A DNA stretch of 64,000 bases from IMG/VR virus record IMGVR_UViG_3300000976_000011, positions 64,001 to 128,000 of that record, one strand, 5' to 3'. The DNA comes from a virus. The translations under genes were made by a program, and so were the position numbers. Positions 8,636 through 18,333 of the stretch are shown here, piece by piece. The notes under the pieces were generated by a model. It was not told the DNA's origin. It saw nothing but the letters and a program-made list of their open reading frames with translations, and did not search any database. Within the stretch, counting starts at the first letter, position 1. Each line of letters opens with the position of its first letter.

Positions 8636-9211
8636 ATGCCTAATCATAGAGGAGATTATACTCTAGCAGCTAAAGTTTTGGAATCTAAAACTCCAAAGAA
8701 AGATATGACTATTGTCGAAGAATTTAAATCGACACCTAAAATCGATAAGATGGTCAAGTCTTATAAATCCTTTTCAATATCTTTTCAGAGATTAGGATCT
8801 CTCTGTGTTCTTGTTAAAATTGTAGATAATATTGTCCCAAGCAGAAATATTAAAACTACGGTTAATACAGAAAAAGAAATTTTAAATGCTATACCAGATT
8901 TAGTTCAAAGATTAACTAATAATATGTCTGATCAGGAACGAGATTTTTATGGTAACGGCGTTGGAACTATAGAAGATATTATAAACGAAGAGCCTGGAGC
9001 TAAAGAAGAAGGAAAATATCAGTATAGTAAAACTGCTATAGTATCAAAAATTATCAAAAATCCATTCAGAGATGGAACAAAATCTCATGGTGAATTTGAG
9101 AAAATGAGTAAGCATGCAATAGGTAAATCTCATAAAGATTTAATTAAAATGAAACTTAATGCTGGAGCATTAAAAACTGGTTGGGAAAAAGGATTTGTAG
9201 TATTCGAATGA
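8636..9211 (+). CDS. Hypothetical protein
   Basis: AAGGAG RBS upstream; 191-aa ORF. Confidence 0.7.
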   Translation: MPNHRGDYTLAAKVLESKTPKKDMTIVEEFKSTPKIDKMVKSYKSFSISFQRLGSLCVLVKIVDNIVPSRNIKTTVNTEKEILNAIPDLVQRLTNNMSDQERDFYGNGVGTIEDIINEEPGAKEEGKYQYSKTAIVSKIIKNPFRDGTKSHGEFEKMSKHAIGKSHKDLIKMKLNAGALKTGWEKGFVVFE

Positions 9212-9462
9212 GTAAAATTTTAGAAAAATCATTACTTACTTTCTTAGAGGGAGAGTTACCATTAGATAAAGTCGAGGAAGATCTTGATATTATCATATTT
9301 GGTATAACTAATTTATTACCTTCTAAGGCTACCCATTATCAGATGAATAGATACTTTGAAAATGATAATTGGGATTTAAAAATATGGTATAGAGAAGATG
9401 ATTTCCAAAAAGCTTTAATTATTAGTAAAATAGAATCAACGTTTAATATAGGTGTCATATGA
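9208..9462 (+). CDS. Hypothetical protein
   Basis: ATGA overlap start at 9208 (MSKILE). Confidence 0.55.
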   Translation: MSKILEKSLLTFLEGELPLDKVEEDLDIIIFGITNLLPSKATHYQMNRYFENDNWDLKIWYREDDFQKALIISKIESTFNIGVI

Positions 9463-9752
9463 CTCGAAAAAGAAATCAGATTAGAAATCCTAATAAAATT
9501 AAACTTACTGATGGCTTAGAAGGTACTTTCACATTTAGATTATATCCTGATGGAATTAAAGAATTCGTATTAACAGGTAAATATAAGTATGTTAAGAAAG
9601 AAGCTTTAGCCTATTTTAATATGACTAATAGTACAAATTTCTTTACTATAGAGCTTTTATCTTATGCAGAATTAGAATCTGAATTCAAAAAACCAAAAGA
9701 CTTTAATAAAGAAATTAAAGCTCTTAAGAAAATGTTTAACAAAAAGAAGTAG
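9459..9752 (+). CDS. Hypothetical basic protein
   Basis: ATGA-coupled ORF. Confidence 0.6.
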   Translation: MTRKRNQIRNPNKIKLTDGLEGTFTFRLYPDGIKEFVLTGKYKYVKKEALAYFNMTNSTNFFTIELLSYAELESEFKKPKDFNKEIKALKKMFNKKK

Positions 9753-9881
9753 TTATGATATAATAACTCAAGGTAATATGTTATAGTCTAAAATGTAATA
9801 CTAAATGATTGATTTTTAATGACTTTTATATATAATTAAATATATAATCATCATTCAAATTAATCAACTAGGAGTATTATA

Positions 9882-9950
9882 ATGACAACTATAGGAATTT
9901 TAGTAGTGTTGACACTATTAAGTATAGTAGCAGTAGCGGACAGAACTTAG
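9882..9950 (+). CDS. 22-aa hydrophobic peptide MTTIGILVVLTLLSIVAVADRT
   Basis: Own promoter-like sequence (TTGATT 9809, TATAAT 9831), AGGAG RBS, hairpin across the stop. Confidence 0.55.
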   Translation: MTTIGILVVLTLLSIVAVADRT

Positions 9951-9987
9951 TTCGCTACTTAATTTTTTAATAATTAGGTATTTTATT

Positions 9988-10284
9988 ATGGAAAAAAGCG
10001 ATTTTAACACATTTATGAATTTCATTAATCTTATGGGTTTTAAATATGATAAATTCGTCTATAGAAATGAAATATATGTTAGAGCCGATGATAGTAAAAA
10101 GTCATCTATTTGTCAAACCATAGGCTACGACGATATAATTTTATTAGGCGTATTTAATGAATTTACAGGTCAAGCATTAGAATTATATAATGTATCTCAT
10201 GTAGCTCATTGGCCTGAAGGCGCAGAAAAATTAGATACATTATTTTTTAACTTAAATAAGGATTTAAAAAATGAAACAAAATAA
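9988..10284 (+). CDS. Hypothetical protein
   Basis: AGGT RBS, ORF. Confidence 0.6.
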   Translation: MEKSDFNTFMNFINLMGFKYDKFVYRNEIYVRADDSKKSSICQTIGYDDIILLGVFNEFTGQALELYNVSHVAHWPEGAEKLDTLFFNLNKDLKNETK

Positions 10285-10843
10285 ACCAGAGCTAATCAAC
10301 AAAGCCGCTCACTTTGCTCTTAATGCACATAGTATTGGGATGGACCTATCTAATAGGAAACTGCAGTTGAGAAAGAATTCTAACATGCCTTATATTTTCC
10401 ATCCGATGGCAGTTGCTGAAATAGCTTCTAAATATACAGACGATTCTGAAGTAGTGGCAGCTGCTGTTCTTCATGACGTGCTCGAAGATACTGGATTTAC
10501 CGCTAAAGCTATGGAAAATCAATTCGGAAAAAGAGTTACTGAATTTGTTAAAGAAGTTACCAATTTAGAGAATAATGAAGGTACCAGAGAAGAACGTGTT
10601 AATAGGAACATACAAAAACTCTCCACGATTTCACCTGAGGGTCAATTAATTAAAGCTGCAGATTGTAACCACAACTTATCTGATTTAATTTATGCTCCGG
10701 AGGCTTGGGCACTAAGATACTCTAATGAAAAATTTAAACTTTTGAGTGTTTTAACTGAAGCTCCAGAAGATTTAAAACAAAAATGTAAAGATAAAATTCA
10801 TCAATTTCAAATTTCAATAATAAGTTCTAGAACTAATGGATAA
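10271..10843 (+). CDS. HD-domain small alarmone hydrolase (SpoT/Mesh1-like)
   Basis: RK..PYIFHPMAVA, AAVLHDVLEDT, FGKRV..V..VT, IKAAD..HNL. Confidence 0.88.
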   Translation: MKQNKPELINKAAHFALNAHSIGMDLSNRKLQLRKNSNMPYIFHPMAVAEIASKYTDDSEVVAAAVLHDVLEDTGFTAKAMENQFGKRVTEFVKEVTNLENNEGTREERVNRNIQKLSTISPEGQLIKAADCNHNLSDLIYAPEAWALRYSNEKFKLLSVLTEAPEDLKQKCKDKIHQFQISIISSRTNG

Positions 10844-11048
10844 TTTAAAACAAGAAATTAAGTCATTTATTACTTTTATTTTCGATAATCCTGAAATGTG
10901 AAATGTTTATATTTCTGGCGACTGGGTTATTTTAAAAATTCACGATTGGTCAAATCCATTAACAACTAAGCATTTTGAATTAAAGACCGACGATTTATTA
11001 TATTATAGAGAAGAACATGAGAAACGTATATTGGCGAAAAGCCTGTAA
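10836..11048 (+). pseudogene. 70-codon ORF with one in-frame TGA
   Basis: MDNLKQEIKSFITFIFDNPEM*NVYISGDW...LAKSL; TGA at 10899-10901. Confidence 0.45.
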
Positions 11049-11421
11049 TCTTATTTTATTCGATTCCCCATATTTGTGGCATGATGGCAGAATCATGTCT
11101 AATTTGTTAATGAGAAGAAACTCTTGGGCCTATGATAATTTTATTAATAGAGAAGGTTTTAGGTTAGATAAAGATTTCCCTAATCGTGAGCTGCAAGTTA
11201 TTTTCAGGAGATATCCTAAATAATATGTCAATGTATGATATAGATATAATAAGAGCCATATTTTCTGTTGGTCATGAATTATACTATTTGGATATAAGAA
11301 TAAAGACTTTAGGTTGGGCAAGCTGTTTAAATCAACAAGGAGACTGGCAGTATTTTCAAGATATGAATTTGGATAATTTTTCTTTTTAAAAGTTCAAAAT
11401 ATTCTTCAAATAAATATTCAT

Positions 11422-11877
11422 ATGGAAGAATATGAAAATCCTTGGTTATATCAAGAAGAAAAAGTTTTAGAAGCCCCAGAAGAAAAATATGGGTTTGTCT
11501 ATATAATTACTAATTTAGAAACTCAGCAGAAATACATAGGAAGAAAAATCTTATGGAACACCGTAACTAAGCCGCCTCTTAAAGGTAAAAAGCGTAAGCG
11601 TAAAATTAAGAAAGAATCTGACTGGAAGAAGTATTATGGCTCTTCAGAGTTTATTAAAGAAGATGTTAAAGCTTTAGGCAAAGAGAGATTTTCAAGAGAG
11701 ATTTTAGTTTTTTGTGATAATAAAACTGAGATGACTTTCTTTGAGACTATGTTTCAATGGAAGAAAAATTGTTTATATGCTAGATTACCAAACGGCGAAA
11801 AAGAATTTTACAATGGTTCTATTTCTGGTAAATTCTATTGGAAAGATCATATAGAGGAAAAATTAAACCTTATGTAG
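11422..11877 (+). CDS. GIY-YIG nuclease, endonuclease II-like
   Basis: YGFVYIITN..KYIGRK, ESDWKKYYGSS, FSREIL, FYNGSI. Confidence 0.8.
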   Translation: MEEYENPWLYQEEKVLEAPEEKYGFVYIITNLETQQKYIGRKILWNTVTKPPLKGKKRKRKIKKESDWKKYYGSSEFIKEDVKALGKERFSREILVFCDNKTEMTFFETMFQWKKNCLYARLPNGEKEFYNGSISGKFYWKDHIEEKLNLM

Positions 11878-11944
11878 TTTACATTATCATTCTACTTGTT
11901 TATAATAGATATATCAGTTAAACAAGTAGGAATTTTATATTATG
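11878..11944 (+). promoter_or_regulatory. Early promoter cassette
   Basis: TTTACA(11878)-N17-TATAAT(11901), ATCAGTTAAA, TAGGA RBS; inverted repeat CTACTTGTTTA/TAAACAAGTAG. Confidence 0.8.
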
Positions 11945-12169
11945 AAATTATTAATGGTTAATATTGAAAATCCAGATAAATCTCTATATTTGTGTAATTT
12001 AGATCTTTTTCAATATTTAGAAAATAAAGATATTTCAAACTTTGAATTCTTTATTATAGGTTCTCTTGGTAACTATCATATTGATTTTAGAACTCATTTT
12101 GTAAATGATGATCTGAATTCTAAAATTGATCATATTAATTTAATGGTTAATTTATATTCTAACAAGTAG
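11942..12169 (+). CDS. Hypothetical protein
   Basis: First ORF after early cassette. Confidence 0.65.
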   Translation: MKLLMVNIENPDKSLYLCNLDLFQYLENKDISNFEFFIIGSLGNYHIDFRTHFVNDDLNSKIDHINLMVNLYSNK

Positions 12170-12181
12170 GAATTTTATATT

Positions 12182-12511
12182 ATGAACTCACACGACCAAC
12201 TAATTATCAGATCTTGTAAGTCAGAAGATCCTGAGCAAGCCCTTAAAAGAATAATCAAAAGATTATATATTGAGCAAGAATCTGAGAAAGACCGAGAGCA
12301 TCAACTCTTAATTGTCTTAGTAGACTTATGTCAAAAATATAATCTTTGCACCATTTCGGAAGCTCTTTGGGCTTTTAAAGGCGGAGCTTACACAGATTAT
12401 CTAACCACTGAGCAAAAAGTCATTGATTTTTGCATGATGCGTATTCGATATAAAGCTGTAGAAGCTTTCGAAGGCTATCGAGTACCTGCGAGGATTCGTA
12501 ATGGAAAATGA
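12182..12511 (+). CDS. Hypothetical protein
   Basis: Preceded by exact duplicate of the upstream RBS region. Confidence 0.7.
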   Translation: MNSHDQLIIRSCKSEDPEQALKRIIKRLYIEQESEKDREHQLLIVLVDLCQKYNLCTISEALWAFKGGAYTDYLTTEQKVIDFCMMRIRYKAVEAFEGYRVPARIRNGK

Positions 12512-13055
12512 ATTAAAAAGAAAAGCTTTAGAGGAAGTGTTACAAGTTCTTAATAAACATGAAGAAGTAATCAGTTTATTATATGATATTGATATTAGAT
12601 CTAAATGTGAAGGTCATCTAAATAATTTAGATTTATGTGAACTCTTTGACTTAGATATACCTGTAACAATTCATAGTAAATATATACCTATGGGTAATAA
12701 TAGATATCTTTGCTTTTTAGATGCTAAGAAAAGAAGAATCGCGTGGTCAGATTGTGGAAATCAACCTACAGGATGGTTCTATAAAATTGGTTTTCCGACT
12801 GGACCTTATATATTTTCACAAGAAGCAAATTACGATGTTTTCCATGAGTTTTTCAGAGAATTAATAAAATATAAACCATCATATATAGATTCAGCTAATA
12901 AATCTTTATATTTTGATTCGGAATTTGCTAAATATATTCATAGAGATTATGATGATATATTTAAAGAATATTGTGAAATTGAAAGAAAGGCATCTAGAGA
13001 GTTTAGGAAACAGAAATTACTGAATCAAATTAAGGATTTAGAAAATGAAGAATAA
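12501..13055 (+). CDS. Hypothetical protein
   Basis: 184-aa ORF overlapping neighbours. Confidence 0.7.
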   Translation: MENELKRKALEEVLQVLNKHEEVISLLYDIDIRSKCEGHLNNLDLCELFDLDIPVTIHSKYIPMGNNRYLCFLDAKKRRIAWSDCGNQPTGWFYKIGFPTGPYIFSQEANYDVFHEFFRELIKYKPSYIDSANKSLYFDSEFAKYIHRDYDDIFKEYCEIERKASREFRKQKLLNQIKDLENEE

Positions 13056-13311
13056 ACTAAAACAATTCGAAGAATGTTACTATAAGACTGGAAAATGGTC
13101 TTCTCCTATAATTAAGAAAGGTATATTTGTTGCGACTATACCAGAAAAATATAGAAAAAACGAATTATATCATATTGTGATTACTAAAAATAGAAATATA
13201 TGTAGAGTTTCCGATGTCATGAAAGTTGATTATGTTAAGAAAGAAGCTCCTAAATTAGATATGCATGGAAAACAATATATTTTATTTGAGGTACCTGATG
13301 AAACCAATTAA
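13045..13311 (+). CDS. Hypothetical protein
   Basis: Overlapping operon ORF. Confidence 0.55.
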   Translation: MKNKLKQFEECYYKTGKWSSPIIKKGIFVATIPEKYRKNELYHIVITKNRNICRVSDVMKVDYVKKEAPKLDMHGKQYILFEVPDETN

Positions 13312-13513
13312 ATTAATAATTTTATCAATTTTACTTACTGGCTGCGCAGATATTAACAAAAAAGAAGATATAGATTTAGCTGTTAAGTTTTGTTCTGATA
13401 AAGATGGCTTAGAAAATTTATATAAAAGTACTATAGACAACACGACACAAGTAACATGTAGTAACGGTAGTGAAATCAAATTAACACCCAACGTAAAAGC
13501 GGTAATGAAATGA
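13298..13513 (+). CDS. Small lipoprotein
   Basis: MKPIKLIILSILLTGC lipobox; GAGG RBS. Confidence 0.7.
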   Translation: MKPIKLIILSILLTGCADINKKEDIDLAVKFCSDKDGLENLYKSTIDNTTQVTCSNGSEIKLTPNVKAVMK

Positions 13514-13770
13514 ATTTTAAAGATTATGTAGAGAATTTAACGACTTTGTTGAAAGATAATCCAGAACTAGGTGATCTTTTAGTGATTACGGCTAAAGATG
13601 ATGAAGGTAATGGCTTCAACGAAGTTTGGTCTGAACCTACTTTAGGTGAATTCAACAGTGAATATAATGGAGAATTTTGTTCTGAGTCAGACTTTAAAGA
13701 AGAAACCGAATACTTTAAAGATATGGGTTTTGAAAAAGAATATGAAGTAAACGCAATTTGTGTAAATTAA
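13510..13770 (+). CDS. Hypothetical acidic protein
   Basis: ORF with DDEGNGFN motif. Confidence 0.65.
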   Translation: MNFKDYVENLTTLLKDNPELGDLLVITAKDDEGNGFNEVWSEPTLGEFNSEYNGEFCSESDFKEETEYFKDMGFEKEYEVNAICVN

Positions 13771-14378
13771 ATATGTTTACAATTATTGAAGTGGTATCGT
13801 TTCATAAGATTTAAACCTCCAACTTTAGAGCAGTGAGGACAAGAAACTTTTTCTTTAGGACCAAACATTTTATCTTTATTTTTTCTTGGTTTTCTCATTT
13901 TAGATAAAGTTTCTTCTGATTTCTTAGTACCATACTGTGGATGTTTTGAACCTGAAAAATCTGCATGATTTTTAGACATATTTCTTTTATGGTCCTCTGA
14001 TTTGGGTACTCCATATAGTGGTGAAAGTTTTCCTTTATATTTTGATGCTGCAATCGATAACTTCTTTTTAGTTTCGTTAGATGTAGGTTTTCTAGTATAA
14101 GTACTGGCTCCACCTTCTTTAAGATTATAATATAAAGAACTATTAACGGCGTCAACAGACTTTATATATGATTCCTCTTTATTATTTAAATCTTGTAAGT
14201 CTTCACATATTTGAAGAATTTTCCTAGAAAAATGCTCTTTACCATATTTCCTAATAGCCTTATGTAATAAAGTTCCTGAACCTAAATAATTATCGTCCAA
14301 ATAGCCAAAATGTTGACCTATATACTTTTTCTTATTAATTAGATTTGTTGTTTCATAAACAAAGTGTATTTTAGACAT
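13767..14378 (-). CDS. Seg-like GIY-YIG homing endonuclease with NUMOD3 and C-terminal Zn-binding motif
   Basis: FVYETTNLINKKKYIG, YLGSG, YYNLKEGG, CPHC..GG..MKRYHFNNCK; late promoter at 14410-14417 (-). Confidence 0.9.
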   Translation of the reverse strand: MSKIHFVYETTNLINKKKYIGQHFGYLDDNYLGSGTLLHKAIRKYGKEHFSRKILQICEDLQDLNNKEESYIKSVDAVNSSLYYNLKEGGASTYTRKPTSNETKKKLSIAASKYKGKLSPLYGVPKSEDHKRNMSKNHADFSGSKHPQYGTKKSEETLSKMRKPRKNKDKMFGPKEKVSCPHCSKVGGLNLMKRYHFNNCKHI

Positions 14379-14429
14379 TAGATAAATAATTTTTAATTAA
14401 TAACAATAATATTTATAGAGAGGTAAAAT

Positions 14430-14630
14430 TTGCCATTATATCAATATCACTGCGATAAATGTGACAAAACAGTCGAAGAATTAAGAAAAATTTCTGAGAT
14501 GAATAATATACCTAAGTGTAAAAAAGCTGATTGTGAAATGAAAAAAATTATTTTTACAACCGGTCTTAAAATTTCAGGTAAAGGCGTATATTCTCCAGGA
14601 TTTCATGTTAATTCGACAAGAAAAAAATAA
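14430..14630 (+). CDS. FmdB-family zinc-ribbon protein
   Basis: MPLYQYHCDKC..E..CKKADC..GKG; GAGG RBS, TTG start. Confidence 0.8.
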   Translation: MPLYQYHCDKCDKTVEELRKISEMNNIPKCKKADCEMKKIIFTTGLKISGKGVYSPGFHVNSTRKK

Positions 14631-14782
14631 AATGCTAAAGAAAACTCTTATAGGTTCCACTAAAATAGCTGTTGAAGTTATGGCTGAAAAATATTTAGAT
14701 GAAGGTTGGAAAATTTCAGGTCCGCCAACATTCTTTGAAGATTATTGTGATGGTACTGAAACTTGGACCTTAGTAATAACAT

Positions 14783-15298
14783 ATGAAAATTAAATATAAA
14801 GTTGGCTGTCTTATAGAGGCAGCAAAAGAGGGCGAAGTTGATATAATAGCTCATCAAACAAATTGTAAATGTTTAATGGAAAATGGCATCGCGCCTTTAA
14901 TTGCTGATGCATTTGATCCAGTTGTTAGAAATGCTGATTACTTGGCCGGAATTAAAAAGCAAAACATTTTAGGAAATTATTCTAAAGCTATAGGATTTAA
15001 CTATGTTGGCGGAGGAGTGACAATATTTAATCTATATGGTCAATATGATCGTGGCGAAGATATCAATAATCTGTATACCGATTACTCAGCATTATCAACT
15101 AGTTTAGAGAAAATGGCAAATTATTTATATGCTAATTATCTACCTGAATACAGGAAACTAGGACTTCCTAAATTAGGTGCAGGAAGGGCAAATGGAGATT
15201 GGGAAATTATATATGAAATAATTAAAACCAAGCTTGAAGGTTTTGATGTAACAATTTACGTGCTGAATAAAGATGAGATACCAATCGAAGTTAACTAA
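14783..15298 (+). CDS. Macro-domain (ADP-ribose binding/hydrolase) protein, tk.4-like
   Basis: IIAHQTNC..M.NGIA, NLYGQY, LPKLGAGRANGDW. Confidence 0.85.
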   Translation: MKIKYKVGCLIEAAKEGEVDIIAHQTNCKCLMENGIAPLIADAFDPVVRNADYLAGIKKQNILGNYSKAIGFNYVGGGVTIFNLYGQYDRGEDINNLYTDYSALSTSLEKMANYLYANYLPEYRKLGLPKLGAGRANGDWEIIYEIIKTKLEGFDVTIYVLNKDEIPIEVN

Positions 15299-15445
15299 AT
15301 ATCTTTTAGATTATAAAATCAAAGGTGAACCACAGAAAGTTTTCTTATGGTTACCAAAAAGAATAGATAATAGAATTGTATTTTTTGAGTTCGTTCATAG
15401 AACTCCAGAATGGGTGAACTGGAGTTCTATGAGAGTCGGTTGGAA

Positions 15446-16018
15446 TTATACTCTCTTACCAGAATCTTTATAAACTTGAGGTTTTGTAGCTCTCTTGAAG
15501 TTAGCTAAAGGTAATAAAACTATTTCATGCCAATCAGTCGCTGGAATTTTAATGAGCTTACTTCTAAGCTGACTATAAAGATAGTGTTTATATGTCACTT
15601 TATAATATTTTGAAGCAGATTTAACTACGCCGTATGAAAGTTTTAATTTAGATCTTTCTGTTATTTTTCTTAAATTAGAAACAGCAATTAATTTATCTAA
15701 AACTAAAACTCTTTTTCTCGGTGGTATATAATGAAGATTAAGACCAGCAAAGCCGCCAGCTTTAGGACCAATATGTAAAATTAGAGGAAATCTATCCCAA
15801 TAAGGTAATTTATCATCATGTTTAGCAGAATATTGAAATAGATACATATTACCTATTGTTGGTCTACTAACTTGATTCTTTTTAGTTTGTTTCGTAAAAT
15901 CTTTTATTCTATTTGATAAAAAAGTTTTTGAACGACGAGTAGCTCTTTCAATGCTTGATTTTTTTCTACCAGTTAATAGAAAATCTTTTAGGCTTGATTG
16001 TTGTTCATTTCTTTTCAT
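15446..16018 (-). CDS. gp2: DNA end protector protein
   Basis: GNMYLFQYSAKH..LPYWDRFPLI, GLNLHYIPP, KHYLYSQLRS, DW..VLLPLANF; start 16018 is 5 nt after TATAAATA. Confidence 0.92.
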   Translation of the reverse strand: MKRNEQQSSLKDFLLTGRKKSSIERATRRSKTFLSNRIKDFTKQTKKNQVSRPTIGNMYLFQYSAKHDDKLPYWDRFPLILHIGPKAGGFAGLNLHYIPPRKRVLVLDKLIAVSNLRKITERSKLKLSYGVVKSASKYYKVTYKHYLYSQLRSKLIKIPATDWHEIVLLPLANFKRATKPQVYKDSGKRV

Positions 16019-16092
16019 AAATATATTTATATACAACAAGGTTAATAAGTGTTATAATTATAAATTATGAAGAGCACTAAAAGGGTTGACAA

Positions 16093-16290
16093 GTGGTAAT
16101 AGATGAATATACAGAATATTTTCTTGATGCTTTTATATTTTGCAAAGAAGAATTAGTAACAATAGATGAAAGTGTTTATGAATTTACAGTATTTTTAGAG
16201 GGCTCTACAGAAAAATTTAATAATAAACTTCAGGCTATGGTTTTTATAAACGAGTGGTCTGATAAAATACAATTTAATGAGGTATCATGA
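16093..16290 (+). CDS. Hypothetical protein
   Basis: GTG start, ORF. Confidence 0.5.
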   Translation: MVIDEYTEYFLDAFIFCKEELVTIDESVYEFTVFLEGSTEKFNNKLQAMVFINEWSDKIQFNEVS

Positions 16291-16404
16291 AATTTAAGAA
16301 TTTAAGAATAGGACAAAGATTTATGCATGATAATTTTTTGTTTATAAAATTATTCAGTTCAATAATGTTAGTTTCAACTAAAGCTACTTACGAGTCACTA
16401 AGCT

Positions 16405-16623
16405 GTGACACAGAGGTTATCCTTGTCAAGAACTAAAGCAATTAACGAAAAATGTAAAGAATGTATTTATGATGAAACCCAAAAAGGAACGTGGCGGCAA
16501 CAAGTCGCTGATTGTACGAGCTATACATGCGCTCTTAGGCCCTTTCGACCCTTGCCAAAAGGATATAAAGAATCTAGATTGGCCAAAAGAGACAAAGGCC
16601 GAAGAAGCATGGCGAATCGATAG
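16405..16623 (+). CDS. Small Cys-rich (Zn-binding) phage protein
   Basis: KAINEKCKECIYD..GTWRQQV..CTSYTCAL..FRP. Confidence 0.65.
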   Translation: MTQRLSLSRTKAINEKCKECIYDETQKGTWRQQVADCTSYTCALRPFRPLPKGYKESRLAKRDKGRRSMANR

Positions 16624-16710
16624 TTTTTTAAGATTACAAGCTGATAGATATGCTGATCAAAGAAAGTTTCCTAGGTATGCCGATAGTTCTGGCAATTTAA
16701 GAAACACGAG

Positions 16711-17541
16711 CTACTCATGAGACTTTTCGAATGTGAAACCTAAATCTCTAAGAGATTTACCTATAATAGAGTTATCATAAGTTTTATTTAAGTAATTAGA
16801 TTTCTGATAAAATGTTTTAGTGATAACTCTATTATTTTTACAAAAATCTCTTATTTGTCTAATACTTAATAGTCCGTTTGAAACATCTATAGATTTTAAT
16901 GTTTCAAACTTTCCTATAGGGGTAATCCAGTAGCCTTTCCAAGAAGGATTGTTTTTATTAAGAATAGAATTCGATATATTATCCTTATGTTTCTGCGATA
17001 AAGAAGAACCTAATTTTGCTAAAGATATATTTTTACTGTGTTCTTTAGATCTAATTTTACCTTTTAATTTTTCTGAGAGTAATCTTTTAGTTTGTTCTGA
17101 AACTTTAGGTTTAGAAAATGCGCTTTTAGACATTTTCGCTTTACTTTCTTTACTATGTTTTCTACCATTCATCGGGCCTTTAGTTCCAAACCAATGATTG
17201 TTAGATCCTTTCATAGAATTTGAATGCTCGAGTCTATATTTTTCAAACAATCTGGAATTAATCTTATTTTTGTATTTAGATAAATTACACATATACCATC
17301 TTGCTCTTACCATCTTTTCATGATCAAGTCCTTTTGTAAATTTAGGTAATAGAAGGTGAGCTATAAAGTGTTCTTTTGCCGTCAGCAAGACTAAATTAGT
17401 TTTATCATTAGAGCCATTACAAGATTTAGGTATTATATGGTGAGATTCATAATAAGCATCTTTCTTAGATCTTTTTAGTTTACTTCTAGAATTAATTAGG
17501 TTATAATACCAATTATAGTATTTGTTATTTAATATATCCAT
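16711..17541 (-). CDS. MobE-like HNH homing endonuclease with NUMOD3 repeats
   Basis: YESHHIIPKS.NGSND..NLVLLTAKEHFIAHLLL; HSKESKAKMS; late promoter at 17547-17554 (-). Confidence 0.92.
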   Translation of the reverse strand: MDILNNKYYNWYYNLINSRSKLKRSKKDAYYESHHIIPKSCNGSNDKTNLVLLTAKEHFIAHLLLPKFTKGLDHEKMVRARWYMCNLSKYKNKINSRLFEKYRLEHSNSMKGSNNHWFGTKGPMNGRKHSKESKAKMSKSAFSKPKVSEQTKRLLSEKLKGKIRSKEHSKNISLAKLGSSLSQKHKDNISNSILNKNNPSWKGYWITPIGKFETLKSIDVSNGLLSIRQIRDFCKNNRVITKTFYQKSNYLNKTYDNSIIGKSLRDLGFTFEKSHE

Positions 17542-17559
17542 ATAACTATTTATAAAATT

Positions 17560-18323
17560 ATGAATAAAAATGTAAAAAAAAAAAAGTTTGTTTAATTAGT
17601 GATATTCACGTAGAATTCTATGATAAAAATGCTTTATTAGATCTTATACCATCAGAAGGCTATGACATACTCTTGCTCCTAGGCGACATCAGTGAGAATC
17701 CTAAATTCATACAAAGAATCTGTGATAAAATTACTAATAAGCCTATAATTTATGTATTAGGAAATCATGAATATTATGGTAATCCGCATAGCGGCATGGC
17801 GTCGACAGAATCTAATTATCATGATATTGAAAAGATATACGATAACCTTACAGTATTTTCTTCTAAATTTAATTATATTGATATAGATGGAACAATCTTC
17901 TTAGGTTCAGTAAATTGGCCTGATATACCAGTAAATGATCAATTTAACATTTCTAGAAGTATAAATGATTTTAGAACTGGAAATATTTCTATCGCTGAAA
18001 GCGTATATTCTAAAATACAATTTGATAAAGATATAGAAGCATATTTAGATTTAACGTATGATGAGAATAAAACTTATATAGGTTTAACTCATTTTATTCC
18101 AGGAGAATTTGCCTGTGCACCTCAATGGAAGGGACATAGTTTAAATTGTTATTTTGTTTCTCCTATTAATTTTGATATATTTTCTCGATGTAATTATTGG
18201 CTATTTGGCCACGGTCATGATCCTATAAATACTATTGTAGAAGGATGTAATTTTATATCAAATCCACTGGGTTATCCACATGAAGGAAATCATGAATGGC
18301 AACCTTTAATTATAGAACTTTAG
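17560..18323 (+). CDS. Calcineurin-like metallophosphoesterase; N-terminus frameshifted at an A12 tract
   Basis: ISDIHVEF (from 17595), LLGDI, VLGNHEYY, THF, FGHGH, SNPLGY; ATG 17560 is in another frame. Confidence 0.85.
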
Positions 18324-18333
18324 GTATCAAAAA

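Noticed and set aside
16469-16720. 83-aa ORF overlapping the Cys-rich gene
   Set aside because: Mostly overlaps a better-supported ORF in another frame; no recognisable motif
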